A DNA stretch of 64,000 nucleotides, taken from assembly GCA_030704615.1 (NCBI GenBank), contig CM060733.1, positions 28,520,001 through 28,584,000 on the forward strand. Reading direction: 5' to 3'. A program made the translations under genes and the position numbers. Below the pieces are notes generated by a model. That model saw only the letters and a program-made list of their open reading frames with translations, had not been told where the DNA came from and searched no databases. This stretch comes from Takakia lepidozioides. Its lineage: Eukaryota; Plantae; Bryophyta. Of this stretch, positions 1 through 13,128 are shown piece after piece; the stretch's first letter is position 1; each line of letters starts with the position of its first letter.

Positions 1-455
1 AGGTCGTAGATATATGGTGTAGTTTTATTTATGTTTGTGGCCAAAACTGACCGATTTGGATTCCCTTCCGCTCTGGATTTGGGAAAAAAATGAGGACAGA
101 ACTACTTTGTTGTACAGTATGCATGTGTCTAACCAATTGGTGGCTGTGGCATGGTTTGAGAACAAACATGTGACATTGCTATCAACAGCCACCAGTTGGA
201 TAGAGCACTGACTGCCACCTAGGTGATTCTGGGTTAAAATCCTGCTACCTTGTCGGGTATGGTATATCTTCTCCCCCTTCCCTTGGGCAGTGTCCCTAGA
301 GACTTGTGCTTGGCGCCTCATGGCAAGGTTACTATGAAAGAGGTTAATTTCTCCTCCCAATATAATTAAGGGGCCTGATTTGTGAGTGGTCATTCCCGGG
401 TATTTCCCTTTCAAAAAAATAAATAATCCATCTATGACTTTTTTTTTCAAACATT

Positions 456-722
456 TTGGTGATACTAGAGATTGTTTCCATGGCGAAACCTATGTGGGAG
501 TTGATTGTATTTGTAAAGTTTGGCGATACCCCAAAATTTCCCCGACTAAGTAATAAACCTTTTTAGATAACATTTTTAGAGGTTTTTTGGGCATGACCAG
601 AGATTATTTCCTTGGCGAAACTTACTTACAGATCTAATGTGTTTTATAGATTTTGGCGAAACCCAAGATGATTTTGCCATCAAAACTTATTTGGAAATTA
701 AATGTAGATTTTGGTGAAACCC
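456..722. repeat. Dispersed TGGYGAWAC motif, about 6 copies in AT-rich DNA
   Basis: Copies at ~456 (ttggtgatac), 481 (tggcgaaacc), 521 (tggcgatacc), 612 (ttggcgaaac), 653 (ttggcgaaaccc) and 711 (ttggtgaaaccc). Probably subterminal repeats of a decayed DNA transposon. Confidence 0.5.
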
Positions 723-937
723 ACAATGATTTGCTTGTTAAATATCTTGTTTTACATTTATCAAGACCTTGTTTTTTAATTTTGTTTCATTTCATCTTAT
801 TTTATAACAGTGCTCTTTCCTCTAAAAATAAATAAACAAAATAATATACAATGGCGATCATCCGTTCTGGCTACATGCACCGTTTATCATGGAACTGATA
901 AAAAAATAAAAAGTAAAAAAGTAAAAGTAGCAACGGA

Positions 938-1111
938 TAAAATGGGATAAAGTTTCTTTAACGTCCAGTGAATTTACAGAGCCTACTGCTCAACACACAG
1001 GCCATCAAGGGCCCAATGGACGGTCTGAAGGCACATGTTGGAGGATTGAACCCAGGATCACCTAGGTTATGCACAGGCAAGGCACAAACACCCAACCACT
1101 GGGCTACCTGC
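938..1111 (-). mobile_element. tRNA-derived SINE, copy 1
   Basis: Reverse strand reads gcaggTAGCCCAGTGG (Pol III box A) ... gGGTTCAATCC (box B), ending tcactggacgttaa plus a TTTATC-like tail. Near-identical copy at 51133-51306. Direct repeat caacgga at 931-937 and 1113-1119. Confidence 0.85.
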
Positions 1112-1451
1112 TCAACGGAGCCTATTTACTCCTGAAGGTCTAATGTCGTGGGGGTACAACCCTAACCGTGGATTGTGTTCACACAATACCAACCCCTAGT
1201 TTTCCCTTGGGTTCGTCCCTCACCTCATGTTAGGATAGAAGGCTTATGACTGTTCATCTATGGATGAATTTTCATCATTTTTAATTTATTTTTTAAAAGA
1301 AAAGATGTGGGGCATCCCAACACCGTGACACTTGGAACTACCTTCATGACCAAATGTGATTGGTCATGAAGTTCACACAAAGTTCAGAAAGCTGTCTGAA
1401 CCCTGACCCTATGACCAATCACGTTTTTGTTTTTCCCTTTGGGGGTTTTTA

Positions 1452-1900
1452 TCAAATAATTGTTTGCCAAGTGACAAAAATGAGCAGTCTTGGGGCCAGG
1501 CAGGGCTCCCACGCTGCCCATCCTGTAGAGCGTCGAGAGAACAGAAGAGATGCGATCCAGGAGCTCCCGTCAAGTTTCCGAACGACCTTCTTCTTGGTCA
1601 GAATGCCTATAAGCAAAGAGCTTAGTAAAGTAATCCGCTGCCACAGCAGCCATGCCTTGGGACTTGATGTGCACAGCGAGTAGAGGTAGATGTGCCTTTG
1701 CTTACTAGGTAGTCTTCGAAAAAAGTATGTGTTCATTTTTTCACCCTGCATCAGGAACCACTTGATGCCCAGCTTGTTGCCTTCTCCCTTTAGCATGAGC
1801 CTTCAGCATTCCAAATTCCTAACTAACCTGGAGACATGCTCATCCATACATTTATGCCTCCCATCCTGGAAAATAGAAACTACAATCCCCTTTCATTTGG
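1452..1900 (-). mobile_element. Decayed L1-type LINE ORF2 fragment
   Basis: GIKWFLMQGEKMNTYFFRRL resembles the L1/Tx1 linker motif KWxxxGEKNTxYFF. In another frame LYRMGSVGALPGP resembles the MxxxKAPGPDG motif upstream of RT. Confidence 0.45.
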
Positions 1901-1909
1901 GAAAAGAAA

Positions 1910-2031
1910 GAACCCTCAACTTAGAAACAGACGAAGGGAAAGTTTGCTTGTATAACGTTCAGTGAAGGGAACCCTCAACTTAGAAACAACTTGTGGAGAA
2001 GGGAAAGTTTGTTTGTTTAACGTCCAGTGAA
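1910..2031. repeat. Two-unit ~60 bp tandem repeat, each unit carrying the SINE 3'-end motif
   Basis: gaaccctcaacttagaaaca...gaagggaaagtttg...taacgtYcagtgaa occurs twice. taacgtccagtgaa is the same terminal motif as in the SINE at ~959-972. Confidence 0.75.
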
Positions 2032-2968
2032 AGAAAGAAAGGAAGGAAGGAAGGAGGAAGATGGAGGACAAGAAGGTGGGGCCGGCGATGGAAGCAGCAG
2101 GCTATGACACTGCTGCATACATGTCAAGGCGACGTTTGCCGGGAGCGAAGATGATTTGCACAAATAGTGCGCGGTAGAATCACCACAGATGCGGGAGAGT
2201 GCATCTGAGCGGCTGTTAAAGATGCACACATTTCTAATGAAGTGGTCACTGAGCAGTGTTTGTCGGGGGATGATGATGAAGAAGAGGAGGGAGGCGAGAA
2301 AAGGTCGTGAAAGACGGTAGGTAGTGTGCGAAGAGTTAATTGATGTATCGTTGGTCACTTGACGGCCACGCGAGGATTGGCGCACTCCATCGCCTCGCCC
2401 TCGGTTGTCTGTAGCCGCGTAACCTATCCGACCCTGTTTTGTACATCTTCATGTGCCTCTGACATGTCGCCTTCATCACCTTTGCTGCCACTCGAAGTCG
2501 TGCCCTTAGTCCACTTTTGCTGCAGGAAACTGCGCCTCTTCTCGTGAGTTGTCGTGTCCCGGACTTTGTTATCATCTGAAATTGGAGGTGTGGCCTTGCA
2601 ACCGTGCAGGCGCCATATCCCTCCGCGCTTGATGTGTCTTCTAGATGATAGATCCATTCAAGCTTGTGGTTTCAGACATTGTGATTACCTTCAGATTCTC
2701 GTTTTCACAATCATTACGTTCTTCTCATTTCATTTTACAGTCTTGAGGTCGTTCTTGGCATCTGTCATCATATATGTGTCTTTCGAGCACCGTGCACATC
2801 CCTCAGTTGTTCCTTGACATTTGTGACACTGCCACAGCTAGTGAGGGAAGACTTGAACAAACACAAAGCGAAAACCCCATCGTCTTGACAACATTATCAT
2901 CCGTAAGGAATAATTAAGAACTAAGTGCTACAAAGGGACAAGCGTTCTGTTCAGCGGTTCTAAAACGC

Positions 2969-5900
2969 ATGATTGGATATTCAGGTCATCAGTATTTTGG
3001 ACATCCCATGAATCCGAATGGACCACTGGGGGCATTGGCGATGGAGCCTTGCCCATGGATTTCGGTTCTTCCTGATTATCCAATGTCGACCTTAAGAAGC
3101 AGGTTGATCCCGTGGTGCTCTCAAATGCATGATTGGTCACTTCAACGACGGTATCATTTATCTCATGCATGCCAATCTAGCAGTTTTCCAAGGAAGGCAG
3201 CAATCAGAACATGTTCACCAACTTTCAGCACTTCATTCCAGTGTCGCGAGTCTGTCTCACACACAGACATTTCATGGTCGAGTTCATGCTCCTCCGTAAT
3301 AGCATTGCGAAGCGGTTCAGGAAAGAACTGTGGCTTTGGTTACGCTGTTGCTAGACGCATGAAATGCCAATTGTCTTCTGTCGATCCTGTCTCTCACAGT
3401 CGGAATGGGACGGCTATGGCAACGGAAACCTCAGCAGAGCAGGAAAAGTATGATGTTGCATTTTCTGTCATTGAACAGTTGAGACCGCAGCGCCTGTTCG
3501 TCCAGTCTACTGGAACTCCTTTGGCAGCTCAAGATCTCGAAAGCAAGGAAACGTCAGGCCCAGACCAGGCGGTTGGGAGGATAGATAAATCCTCCTCTAG
3601 TGCTGGTTTCTCAGGACTGAGCCTTGATAGGGGGCAAGTAACAAGTCCAGTTGAGGAAGAAGCTTGGGACCTCTTGAGAGCGGCAGTGGTCTCGTACTGT
3701 GGAGATCCTGTAGGAACAATTGCTGCCAACGATCCTACAGACCCGAACCCTTTGAATTATGATCAAGTCTTTCTTCGCGATTTCATCCCTTCAGCAATTG
3801 CTTTCTTGCTGAAAGGAGAGCCTGAAATTGTTAGAAGCTTTCTCCTCCACACTTTGCAATTGCAGGTATGATCGAGCCTCCTCTGTTTTAGCCCTTGTTT
3901 TCAATGCATCATCTATGTCAATCCAATCCCAAGCAGTTGGTACTTTTTGGTTTGTCCATGTGCATGACGAAATCCAATTCTCGTTATGAAGACTTGGTTG
4001 CCATTACTTCAAAAGCAGTGGCGTTGGTGCCCATGCATTTGTATTGACCCTGACAGTGAGCTCTTTCAGATGGCTTCTTACTCTCTTTAGGGATCTCTAC
4101 TATGTGGAAGAAACCTTAACTGCGTTGTCTTAGATACCAGTAATCAGACTTTTATGGATTTTTATGCAGAGTTGGGAGAAGACAGTGGATTGTTATAGTC
4201 CAGGTCAAGGTTTGATGCCGGCTAGCTTTAAGGTGCGAACTATTCCTCTTGATGGGGATGACACAGCAACAGAGGAGATTTTGGATCCTGATTTTGGTGA
4301 AACTGCTATTGGTCGAGTAGCTCCTGTTGATTCTGGTATTTACCTAATCCTGGGCTCATGCCTGGTAAGTTTGTGTACACAGTTTGGATCAACCTTGCAT
4401 GCATATGAGGTCCTTATAATGGGGTTACTCGTGTGGGGTTGAAATTTAGTGTTCCTTCGCAGTAGTGCCGGGTCATGAAGTTTCCAGAAGGACCTCTTTG
4501 AGACCATAGGTTGTGACAGGTTTTGTCTTGTCTATCTTCTTTCCTTTGTTCAGTAAATGCAATGTGGATGTTGTTGGGATCTGAGAGAGGAAATGGTTCT
4601 GTATGTCTTTGTGTCTCTCTACTCCAGAAAGTTTTGTGCAATGAGGCTGATGAGCTAGGCCATCAAGTATGGTATGGTGACTACGACTGCCTTCAGCCAC
4701 ATTGAGGGCACTGTTTATGCTATATGGTGTCACACGCGCATGCATGATTTGGGGTATCCTCTTAAATGCATCAGGATTGATTCAAACTGAAGTACATTTT
4801 CTGTATCATGGCAGTGTTACAATTGTGTAACTTTGTCATGGAGCAGGTTTATGGTGGATCATCCTGCTGAGGGCATATGGCAAGTGCACTGGGGACAACT
4901 CTCTGCAGAACAGAGTTGATGTTCAAACAGGCATGAGAATGATATTGAAGCTGTGCCTGGCTGATGGTTTTGACATGTTCCCCACCTTGCTTGTCACTGA
5001 TGGCTCCTGCATGATTGATCGACGTATGGGAATTCATGGCCACCCTCTTGAGATTCAGGTAATCCATTGTAGCATGATTCCACATCATGTTGCTACGTGG
5101 GATTCCATTCTCCCATGGCCTCCCTGCTGGTGGCCTATGATGTTCTGGCAGGGGCAGAGTCCCTTGGAGCACAGATGCAGATTCCTCCTGGGGGCAAAAA
5201 TCCTTGTCGACTGTACAGCCCTATATTTGCAGACAAGTTGAAATCCCTGGAAGCACAGTATCTTTGTGGCCTATGATAATAGCCTCTGTGAGGCTTTGCT
5301 TCAAAACAGAGTAAAAGGGCTCTGTCCACTTTGTGGGGTGTAGGATAGGTCCTTCAGTTTTGACCTTTCTTGCAGCACAACACATTGGGAAGAAAGAGCT
5401 CACAGTTTCTGTTTCTTTGTTGGTATGCAGTCGTTGTTTTACTCGGCTTTAAGATGTGCACGAGAAATGATGAACCTTGAAGATGATATTGACATTATTC
5501 GGGCTTTGAACTCACGACTGAGTGCATTGTCATTTCATATCCGAGAGTACTACTGGGTAGATCTCAAGAAACTGAATGAGATATACCGCTACAAGACAGA
5601 AGAATACTCGCATGATGCTGTGAACAAGTTCAATATATATCCTGACCAGGTATCACCCTGGCTGGTGGATTGGATGCCAGACCAAGGAGGCTACTTCATT
5701 GGCAACCTGCAGCCTGCACACATGGACTTCCGTTTTTTCTCCTTGGGCAATCTGTGGGCCATCTCTTGCTCTCTTGCCACTCATGAACAAGCAGAAGCAA
5801 TTTTGGACTTGATAGAAGCCAGGTGGGATATTCTCGTTGGCAACATGCCCTTCAAGATTTGTTACCCTGCTCTTATGGAGGAAGAATGGCGCATCATCAC

Positions 5901-6628
5901 AGGCAGCGACCCCAAAAACACGTACTGCTTCAACTAAAATTTCTTTGATATATTTGTATAGTACCTTCACAATGCTAGTTATTGCAGTAACTGCTGGCCC
6001 ATACTCCCTCTAATTGGGAAACATATAGTGGCAAGGGATACAGTGTCCATCACAATCAGTGCAATTTTCGTAAAATACTTCGTTCAGCAGTGTGAATGTT
6101 TCTGGGTGTATCGTCCCCCTAGACACTTTTGAATTGTGATCTGGCATAATATCACATTCAATTGTTACTTTTCACTTCAGCGACCCTAGCATGGGCAACA
6201 TTCAGGGTTTAGTGTCATTAATTACCGGGGAAGCAGTAGAATACACTCAGCTTTTGTTGCTTTACTGTTGGTGCAGGCCCTGGTCATATCACAATGCAGG
6301 TAATTGGCCAGTGCTTCTGTGGCAATTCACAGTGGCGTGCATAAAGATGGGGCGCCCAGCATTAGCTCGAAGGGCTGTTGAAGTGGCAGAGGAAAGACTC
6401 TCAAGAGATCGGTGGCCAGAGTACTATGACACTAAGAAGGCTAAATTCGTAGGGAAGCAAGCACGGCTCTATCAAACGTGGTCTATTGCAGGCTTTTTGG
6501 TTGCCAAGATGCTGTTGGCGAATCCTGAGGCTATAAGCATGTTCTCATGCGAGGAGGATATGGCATTGCTGGAGGCTTGTTCATGCCTCTTGAATTCAAA
6601 TCCCCGCAGGAAGAGAGGGGGTAGGTGA
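2969..6628 (+). CDS. Alkaline/neutral invertase (GH100), organellar-type with N-terminal extension, ~705 aa
   Basis: Exons 2969-3865, 4170-4335, 4847-5058, 5431-5921 and 6277-6628, all GT-AG and phase-consistent (2118 nt). Motifs [87 protein letters not shown] and QTWSIAG. The ~220 aa Ser-rich N-terminus is transit-peptide-like. Confidence 0.97.
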
Positions 6629-6759
6629 AAACTCTTAACATGTAAATAGAGTTGAATTATCCATAGGAAATTTTCGCGACGTGGATGCAGTGATTCTTAG
6701 GACCTCTTCCATAATCTGCAAGACAGTAGCCTGGGAAAATGATGTCAGGGAGTTGTTAC

Positions 6760-7720
6760 ACCTCAAGGTACACTATTTTTTTTATTTCTGGACGAAATTT
6801 GACTCCGGTCATCATGTAGAAATCCATCTCCATGCAAAATGATTTGCGTGCTGAAGTTTATGCCCCACAGCTTTCTGCATTGGTCAAACTGGGACAGTCT
6901 GTTTGAGGCTTTCAAGGGGGCCACATGCATAAGAATACTCCTATACTCCTTACAAGACTGGCTATCCTCAGTGCCCAAAGGGGATGCCACACCAATCCAC
7001 ACCTAGCCTGTGATGGCGGCTGCTCCAAGGCAGCAATGTCCAATATTCTGAATATTATGTTTTTTGCTGCAGCTCCATTTACAATGGAAGAGTATCTTTA
7101 CACAGCCGGTAAGCTGGAGTTTAGGATAGTAGAGAGATCTGGGGTACTTCCCCTACTAGCCCAAACCAGAGACTTGTACAATATCGACCTCCTTCCTTGG
7201 AGCTTCTTCGTGAGTACCGTCCCCCTGCAGACCGGTGGTGGGAATTTAGCCCAGCAAGGTCACAGAAACAGGGCCCCACACATTGTGGCAATCACCACAA
7301 ACCCCAAGGTTCTTGATGATGTTGTGAACAGGCTTACCAAGGGGAGTACTGATCAGCTCAAAATCAGTGGCCAGCTTCTCACTGTGGTGGGCAAGAGATA
7401 ATTGCATTTGCGTGTGAGGCGCATACTCAGCCTCCTCTGCTCAAGGAACGTATGCACCCTGTTGTTGACCTCAATTGGACTGCACCCTGGCTCCTTGTTG
7501 ACACCTCGTCCTCCATCATTTTCCTGCTCTATCACTCCACCTGCCAGCTGCAGCACAGATGTTGGAAAGAGGCTGCAATGTGCTGTGGATCACTCTCAAC
7601 AAGGGACATTTCGGTTCACGAAGGCATATTTTTGGAATCTTGGGGAATAGACAGAATATGCTTCTGTTCTTGCATGAGCAGGCTCACACGCTACCCAACC
7701 TCAGGTGTACATTTGTGTAA
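6760..7720 (-). mobile_element. Possible highly decayed L1 LINE 3' region (zf-RVT-like)
   Basis: Broken minus-strand frames KNIIFRIL.. / WIGVASPL..C..SILMH loosely resemble the L1 zf-RVT region. Many stops. Confidence 0.25.
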
Positions 7721-8786
7721 GGGTTTTTTAGTTTTTATTTTCATTCATTGTTACGTTTGGCATTTTTTCTTTGTAAGAGTTGATTTACATGACCAATCCA
7801 ATTGCCTGATATCCATTTTCAAGAACCGTCCGTTCCCTACCCATTTATCCAATATATTGAGCTCCGATAACCGCTTCAAAACCTGCCCATGTAAAACCAG
7901 AATTGAACTTGACCTGGTTTTGAAAGAAAAGTCAAAGACCTACCTCCTAAAGCTCTTCTAATTTTCTATTTGTCAATTTAACCGCCTCGGAGGTTCTAAG
8001 GAGGCACCAACGGCCCAAAACTGTAGGTACACAACAACAAGCACCACATGACACTAAAAAGGCTCGCTTCAAAAATGTTTTCCTGGCTCTCCCAATGGCT
8101 TCTCACAATTCCCAGTTTCGGAAATTATTAGATGAAACAGATGTTAATAATCAAACTTTCATAATTTATGTGGACCATATAACTTCGAACCAAAGCTATC
8201 ATATGAAGCTTTGCCTTTTTATTTTTAGACAACAATTTTGGGGGAGTCTTCCCTAATGCCATTTCCTTTCTTTCCTCTATCTCAGTTAGCTGAGGCTAGC
8301 TAAGGTTTCCTTCCGGATCACCACACAACATTAGAGTTGGAAACAAGTGCAATTAATCCAGTAGGTAGTGATTTTAGCAAATGATCTAGCTTTGTACCAT
8401 GAAGCTTGCAACAGATGGCCCAATGGTGAGGGCACGCGATACCCATCTGTCTCAAAGAAGCCGGTGTCAGTCCGGCTTCCGAAATATGAAAGGTTTTTGT
8501 TTAGGGCACACGGTTTACTTCAGGTTTACTCTGTGCTTTCAGGCATAATGGATAGGTATTTGGGCGACCATCCTGTCCTGACATGTTAAGGGATGCATTC
8601 TCCTTACATGTTCCTTCTCCCACCAGTAATGCGCACAGAAACAAACCTCATCCCAGAAGTACCAAATGAGGTTGACTGCTAGCCCAACAGTCTTCAACAA
8701 TCTTCAAGCTGAACTTGCAGGCATTGCTGCGGTCACCACACACAGGGAGGTTGTGTCCTCAATCATTTCTCACCTTTAATTGTCTT

Positions 8787-11134
8787 CTAATCTGCCAGCC
8801 CAAGCATAAATGACAGATTTGGATCGGTTCTGATGATGCTTTTTGCAGCACGCTCTGCTACCTCCACATTGCCATGCATTCTGCAGGCACCAAGCACGGC
8901 CATCCACACCCCAGCATCTGGTTTGGTATGCATTTTGTTAATTATATGCTCGGCATAATCAAATTGCCCTGCACGCCCAAGGAGGTCCACCATACAGCCA
9001 AAATGCTCTACTGTGGGAGTCAGGCCATACTTCTGACTCATGGAATCAAAGTAGTGGCAACCTTCATCCACTAGACCAACATGGCTACATGCCGAGAGAA
9101 CAGAGATAAACGTGACACCATCTGGATTCAATTGCTCCCATTGCATATTTTCGAATAGCTGCAGGGCCTCCCTTCCGTACCCATGCTGAGAGTATCCTGC
9201 AAGCATGGCATTCCATGAGACTACATCTCGTTTGTTGATATTGTCAAAGACTTCACGTGCATCCTTCATGCTCCCACATTTAGCATACATGTCAACAAGG
9301 GCAGTCTCCAAATTTATGTGGGACACAATTCCAGAGTTGAGGATGTCAGCATGGACCTCTGTGCCCTCCTCCAGAGCTCCTAGGCTGGCACACGCATTGA
9401 GTACGCAAGTGAACGTGACCTTGTTGGGTATCACACCTTCCTGTTGCATCTGCTCATACATCTCTAAAGCCACCCAACCACCCCCATGCTGAGTATACCC
9501 TGAGATCATGACGTTCCATGAGACCACATTTCGTTTGGCCATGTTGTCGAACACTTGACGTGCATCTGTCATGCTCCCACCCTTTGCATACATGTCAACC
9601 AGGGCGGTCTCCAGATTAATATATGACCCAATTCCAGCCTTGATAATGTCAGCATGGACTTCCTTGCCCTTTTCAAGGGCACCTATGGCAGCGCATGCAC
9701 TCAGAACGGAAATGAATGTGACCCTGTTGGGAATCACCCCTTCCTGTTGCATTTGCTCATACATCTCAAAAGCTTCCCAACCACACCCATGCTGAGCATA
9801 TCCTGCAATCATGGCACTCCATGAGATCACATCTCGTTTAGTCATGTTATCAAACACTAGATGCGCATCCTTCATGCTCCCACATTTGGCATACATGTCG
9901 ACAAGGGTATTCTCCAAAGTAATATATGATGCAATTCCAGCTTTCACAATATCAGCATGCACCTCTTTGCCCTTTTCCAGGGCTCCTAGGTTGGCACACG
10001 CGCTGAGAATGCAAATGAACGTGACCCTGTCAGGCATCAACCCTTTGGATTGCATTTCCTCATAGATGTTGAAAGCATTCATAGCACCCCCATGTTGAGC
10101 ATATCCTGTGATCATGGCGTTCCATGAGACCACATCCCGTTTAGTCATATTGTCGAATACTTGACGTGCATCATTCATGTTCCCACATTTGGCATACATG
10201 AGAATTAGGGCAGTCTCCAATTTAATATATGATGTTATCCCAGCTTTGATTATGTCGGCATGGACCTCTTTGCCCCTCTCCAGGGCTCCTAAGTTCGCAC
10301 ACGCATGGAGAACACAAAGGAACGTGACCCTGTCAGGTGTCACCCCTTCCTGTTGCATTTGCCTGTAGATCTTCAAAGCCTCCTCAGCATCCCCCTGCTT
10401 GGCATATCCTGCCATCAGTATGGTCCACGTATACAAAGTTCGTTGAGGGATTTTCTCAAAAACTTGGCGTGCATCCAATATACTCCCGCATTTAGCATAC
10501 ATGTTAACAAGTGTGTTGAGTAGATGAATATTTGGCTCAAAGCCACTTTGGATAATGTGGGCATGCACCTGTTTTCCCTCTGCTAGATCTTTCCTGTTGA
10601 TGCATTCCTGCAAGAGACTGACATAAGTATTCAAGTCTGCCCAAATGCCTTGTTGGTTCAAAATGTGCAGCGCCTGTTTCATTTGTCCAGCCTTATATGT
10701 TGTCCTCAAACACTCAGAAGTGCCAGAAGAGTCCTTGTTTACTCCCTTTGTTGATCCTCTTTCAAAAGTCGTCAGGCTGGCAGATGTGCTAACCCATCTG
10801 CCAGTCTGAGGTCCAGCAAACAATTTGGCCTGATTCAACCTTACCTTCCTGCATAATCCAGAACACTAAGTTACACAACTTACATTCTTCTGATATATTC
10901 CAAAGCTCCTAGCTACATAAAAAAAAGATCTCTTTGTGAGGATAGGCTTCTTGCTACATATTAATAGAATCAGAAAGCTCACATGCTCACAAACTTTGAG
11001 AAGCAGCTGCAACATGTGTTTGAATTGATTATCAAACAATACCTGTTGTATTCTTGGCCCAGAGCTCTCTGGTGTACAATGACATGAGAACCATCACCAC
11101 ATTGTGAACCACATTGTGCACCACCTTGTATCAT
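8787..11134 (-). CDS. PLS-class pentatricopeptide repeat protein (about 17 PPR motifs plus partial E1, no intact E2 or DYW)
   Basis: Main exon 10848-8787 encodes (L1-S1-P1)x4-L1-S1-P2-L2-S2-E1 with 101-aa periodicity (LVDMYAKCGS, DVVSWNAM, VTFISVLSACSH, EHFGCMVDLLGRAG, WMAVLGACRMHGN). A phase-compatible upstream exon 11134-11043 starts with ATG. Further 5' exons are possible. Confidence 0.93.
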
Positions 11135-13128
11135 GGCAGCTAGCCCTGCAAGGAGGGTTTAACAAACTCAGTCCAAATAACGTCCTTTGTGCACTTGTGT
11201 CTGAAGTCTGGTGACCTTGGACTAATCTGTGGAAACACCTGCATGCAGCTGACAGCTTCTCGTAGGCCAGGCTACAGCCAAAGCTTCACAACATTGCTTC
11301 AAAAATAGGGCACAAACTTTGCACAGAGCAACTATTATGACCGAAGTCTAATGAGAAATCTGTGTCCACAGCTTGCCTGGTCAGCAAATAAAGAGTTGCA
11401 ATCAAGGAGATGGCCAGTAAGAACTTGGGGGTTGGTCTTCCCCAACTTAGGAACCTTCTTGATTGTGGGCTCTGGACAGAACATGACCCCTCTTCATTTA
11501 GTGAAGGAGGACCATGTTCGATTCAAACTGACCAGAAGAGCATATTGTCCCACATACAGCAGATGAGGTGCTAGCTTTACCTCGAATCATGAAAGTAACA
11601 CAGTCAGAAGCTCATGATGGATGTAGATGTCAGTGAAACTCCACATCACAGTTTACTGCCACAATTGACTGAATGTGTGCCTTTGAATGACACGTTCATC
11701 ATCATGGCTACAGTGAGCTTCTCTGTCTCCTGCACTGACCCTTCACGAGCCCAACTCCTAGTTTCAGCAACCTGTGGCTTGCCCAAAAAGGAGTCGTAGA
11801 GAGATAGCACTCAGGTCAAACTTGCCATGGCCTAATGGTCATAGAACCTGCACCCAATGTGGATGGAAGCAAAAAGGAGGAAGGTGAGAAAGTGAGCCAG
11901 GCCAGGGGGGGATGAGACCGTGATGATCGGAAATCCCAACTTGACAGGCAAAAGTGAAATGGACGAACCAGCTGAAAACGATGAGAGAAATCAAGATGTA
12001 ATTGCCGACGGTTCGCTGTGAACGCTGGCTATGACGCAATCTTGAGGTCGTAAACTCCACCAGATACAAACCCTCCTGGACCCAGTCGTGGATTTTCCAC
12101 CCACCAGAGTATATGAGACTCAAGCTTGAAACTGCCATACCCACAGCCACAGCCAACGACAATCTGGTATGCGCAGTTGTTAATATACGCGCTCCCTTGA
12201 GACCACATTAGAAAGCTTGAGGTTGACTCCAACACTTTGGTCTCTGATCAAACACCGAGAGACCTGTCAGAACTCCAGCTAATTCTCAATGTTTCTACTT
12301 CCAAAGGGAAAAATGAGCAACCTTAAATGAAATGCAAACTGAAGGTCCTACTGTCGGATAATCGAAATGTAAATTTGGGTCCTTCATACCTGCACCCAAA
12401 CACCACCCCAAAATGAAGCTACACTATCACACCCCGAGCCCAAGAAAAAACCAGACTGCGCACGCAGTACAAATACCAATTCCGTCTTAGTGAAAGAGGC
12501 ACCACCCTGCCCGCAAGAGCAAAAACCAGTAGACTAGAAAGCCAGTAATCACCGGGTGGCATTCCTGATACTCGGAGAAGAAGCAAAAACACCATAAGGT
12601 GAGACAGTGCCCCAGCTACAGACTCAGCGCACGGCACTGCCGCCAACATGGCTTGGCAGTTGGACTCCGACAGAGAGCCGAAGCAGACAGCGGAAGATGG
12701 CGACGCAATCCTCACCAGCGAGACCTGGAAGAGACGCATTATCTCATTCCTACAGTATGCGAGCTTCTGATATTACCTCCATGGGGGTAACGCATTCAAG
12801 GCTCAAGGTACGTTCACACTTGGGGGTAGCGTCACTGATAGCGCCCGTTTTAGCTACTTCCGTTCAAACTACTGGTAAATAGCTTACGTGGCGCCTTCTA
12901 CTTACCCCCTACCACTACTAGTAGTGTACTGGTAAATACTGCTACTGCGGGTGATAACTTAATTTTGCACCAATAAAACCTTCAAGAAATGTAGATATTC
13001 GGTGTTATCACCATCAATAATTTATCACATCCATTTCACAGCAGATAAGTTACCACAATTCGTTGCCACAGCTCCTCTTCCTCCATCGCCATCGCTGCGT
13101 TTTTTTGAACGGACAGACACAAGTGGAC

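Noticed and set aside
456-722. Spaced short repeats as a CRISPR-like array or E2F-site cluster
   Set aside because: The repeats are only ~10 bp, degenerate and irregularly spaced. The context is eukaryotic with no cas genes, and no adjacent gene start supports a regulatory role.
1030-1111. Functional tRNA gene
   Set aside because: A/B boxes are present but I could not form a convincing cloverleaf. It is fused to a non-tRNA body and tail and is repeated, so it is called a SINE.
9205-10523. Repeated plus-strand ORFs
   Set aside because: They are antisense shadows of the PPR repeats.
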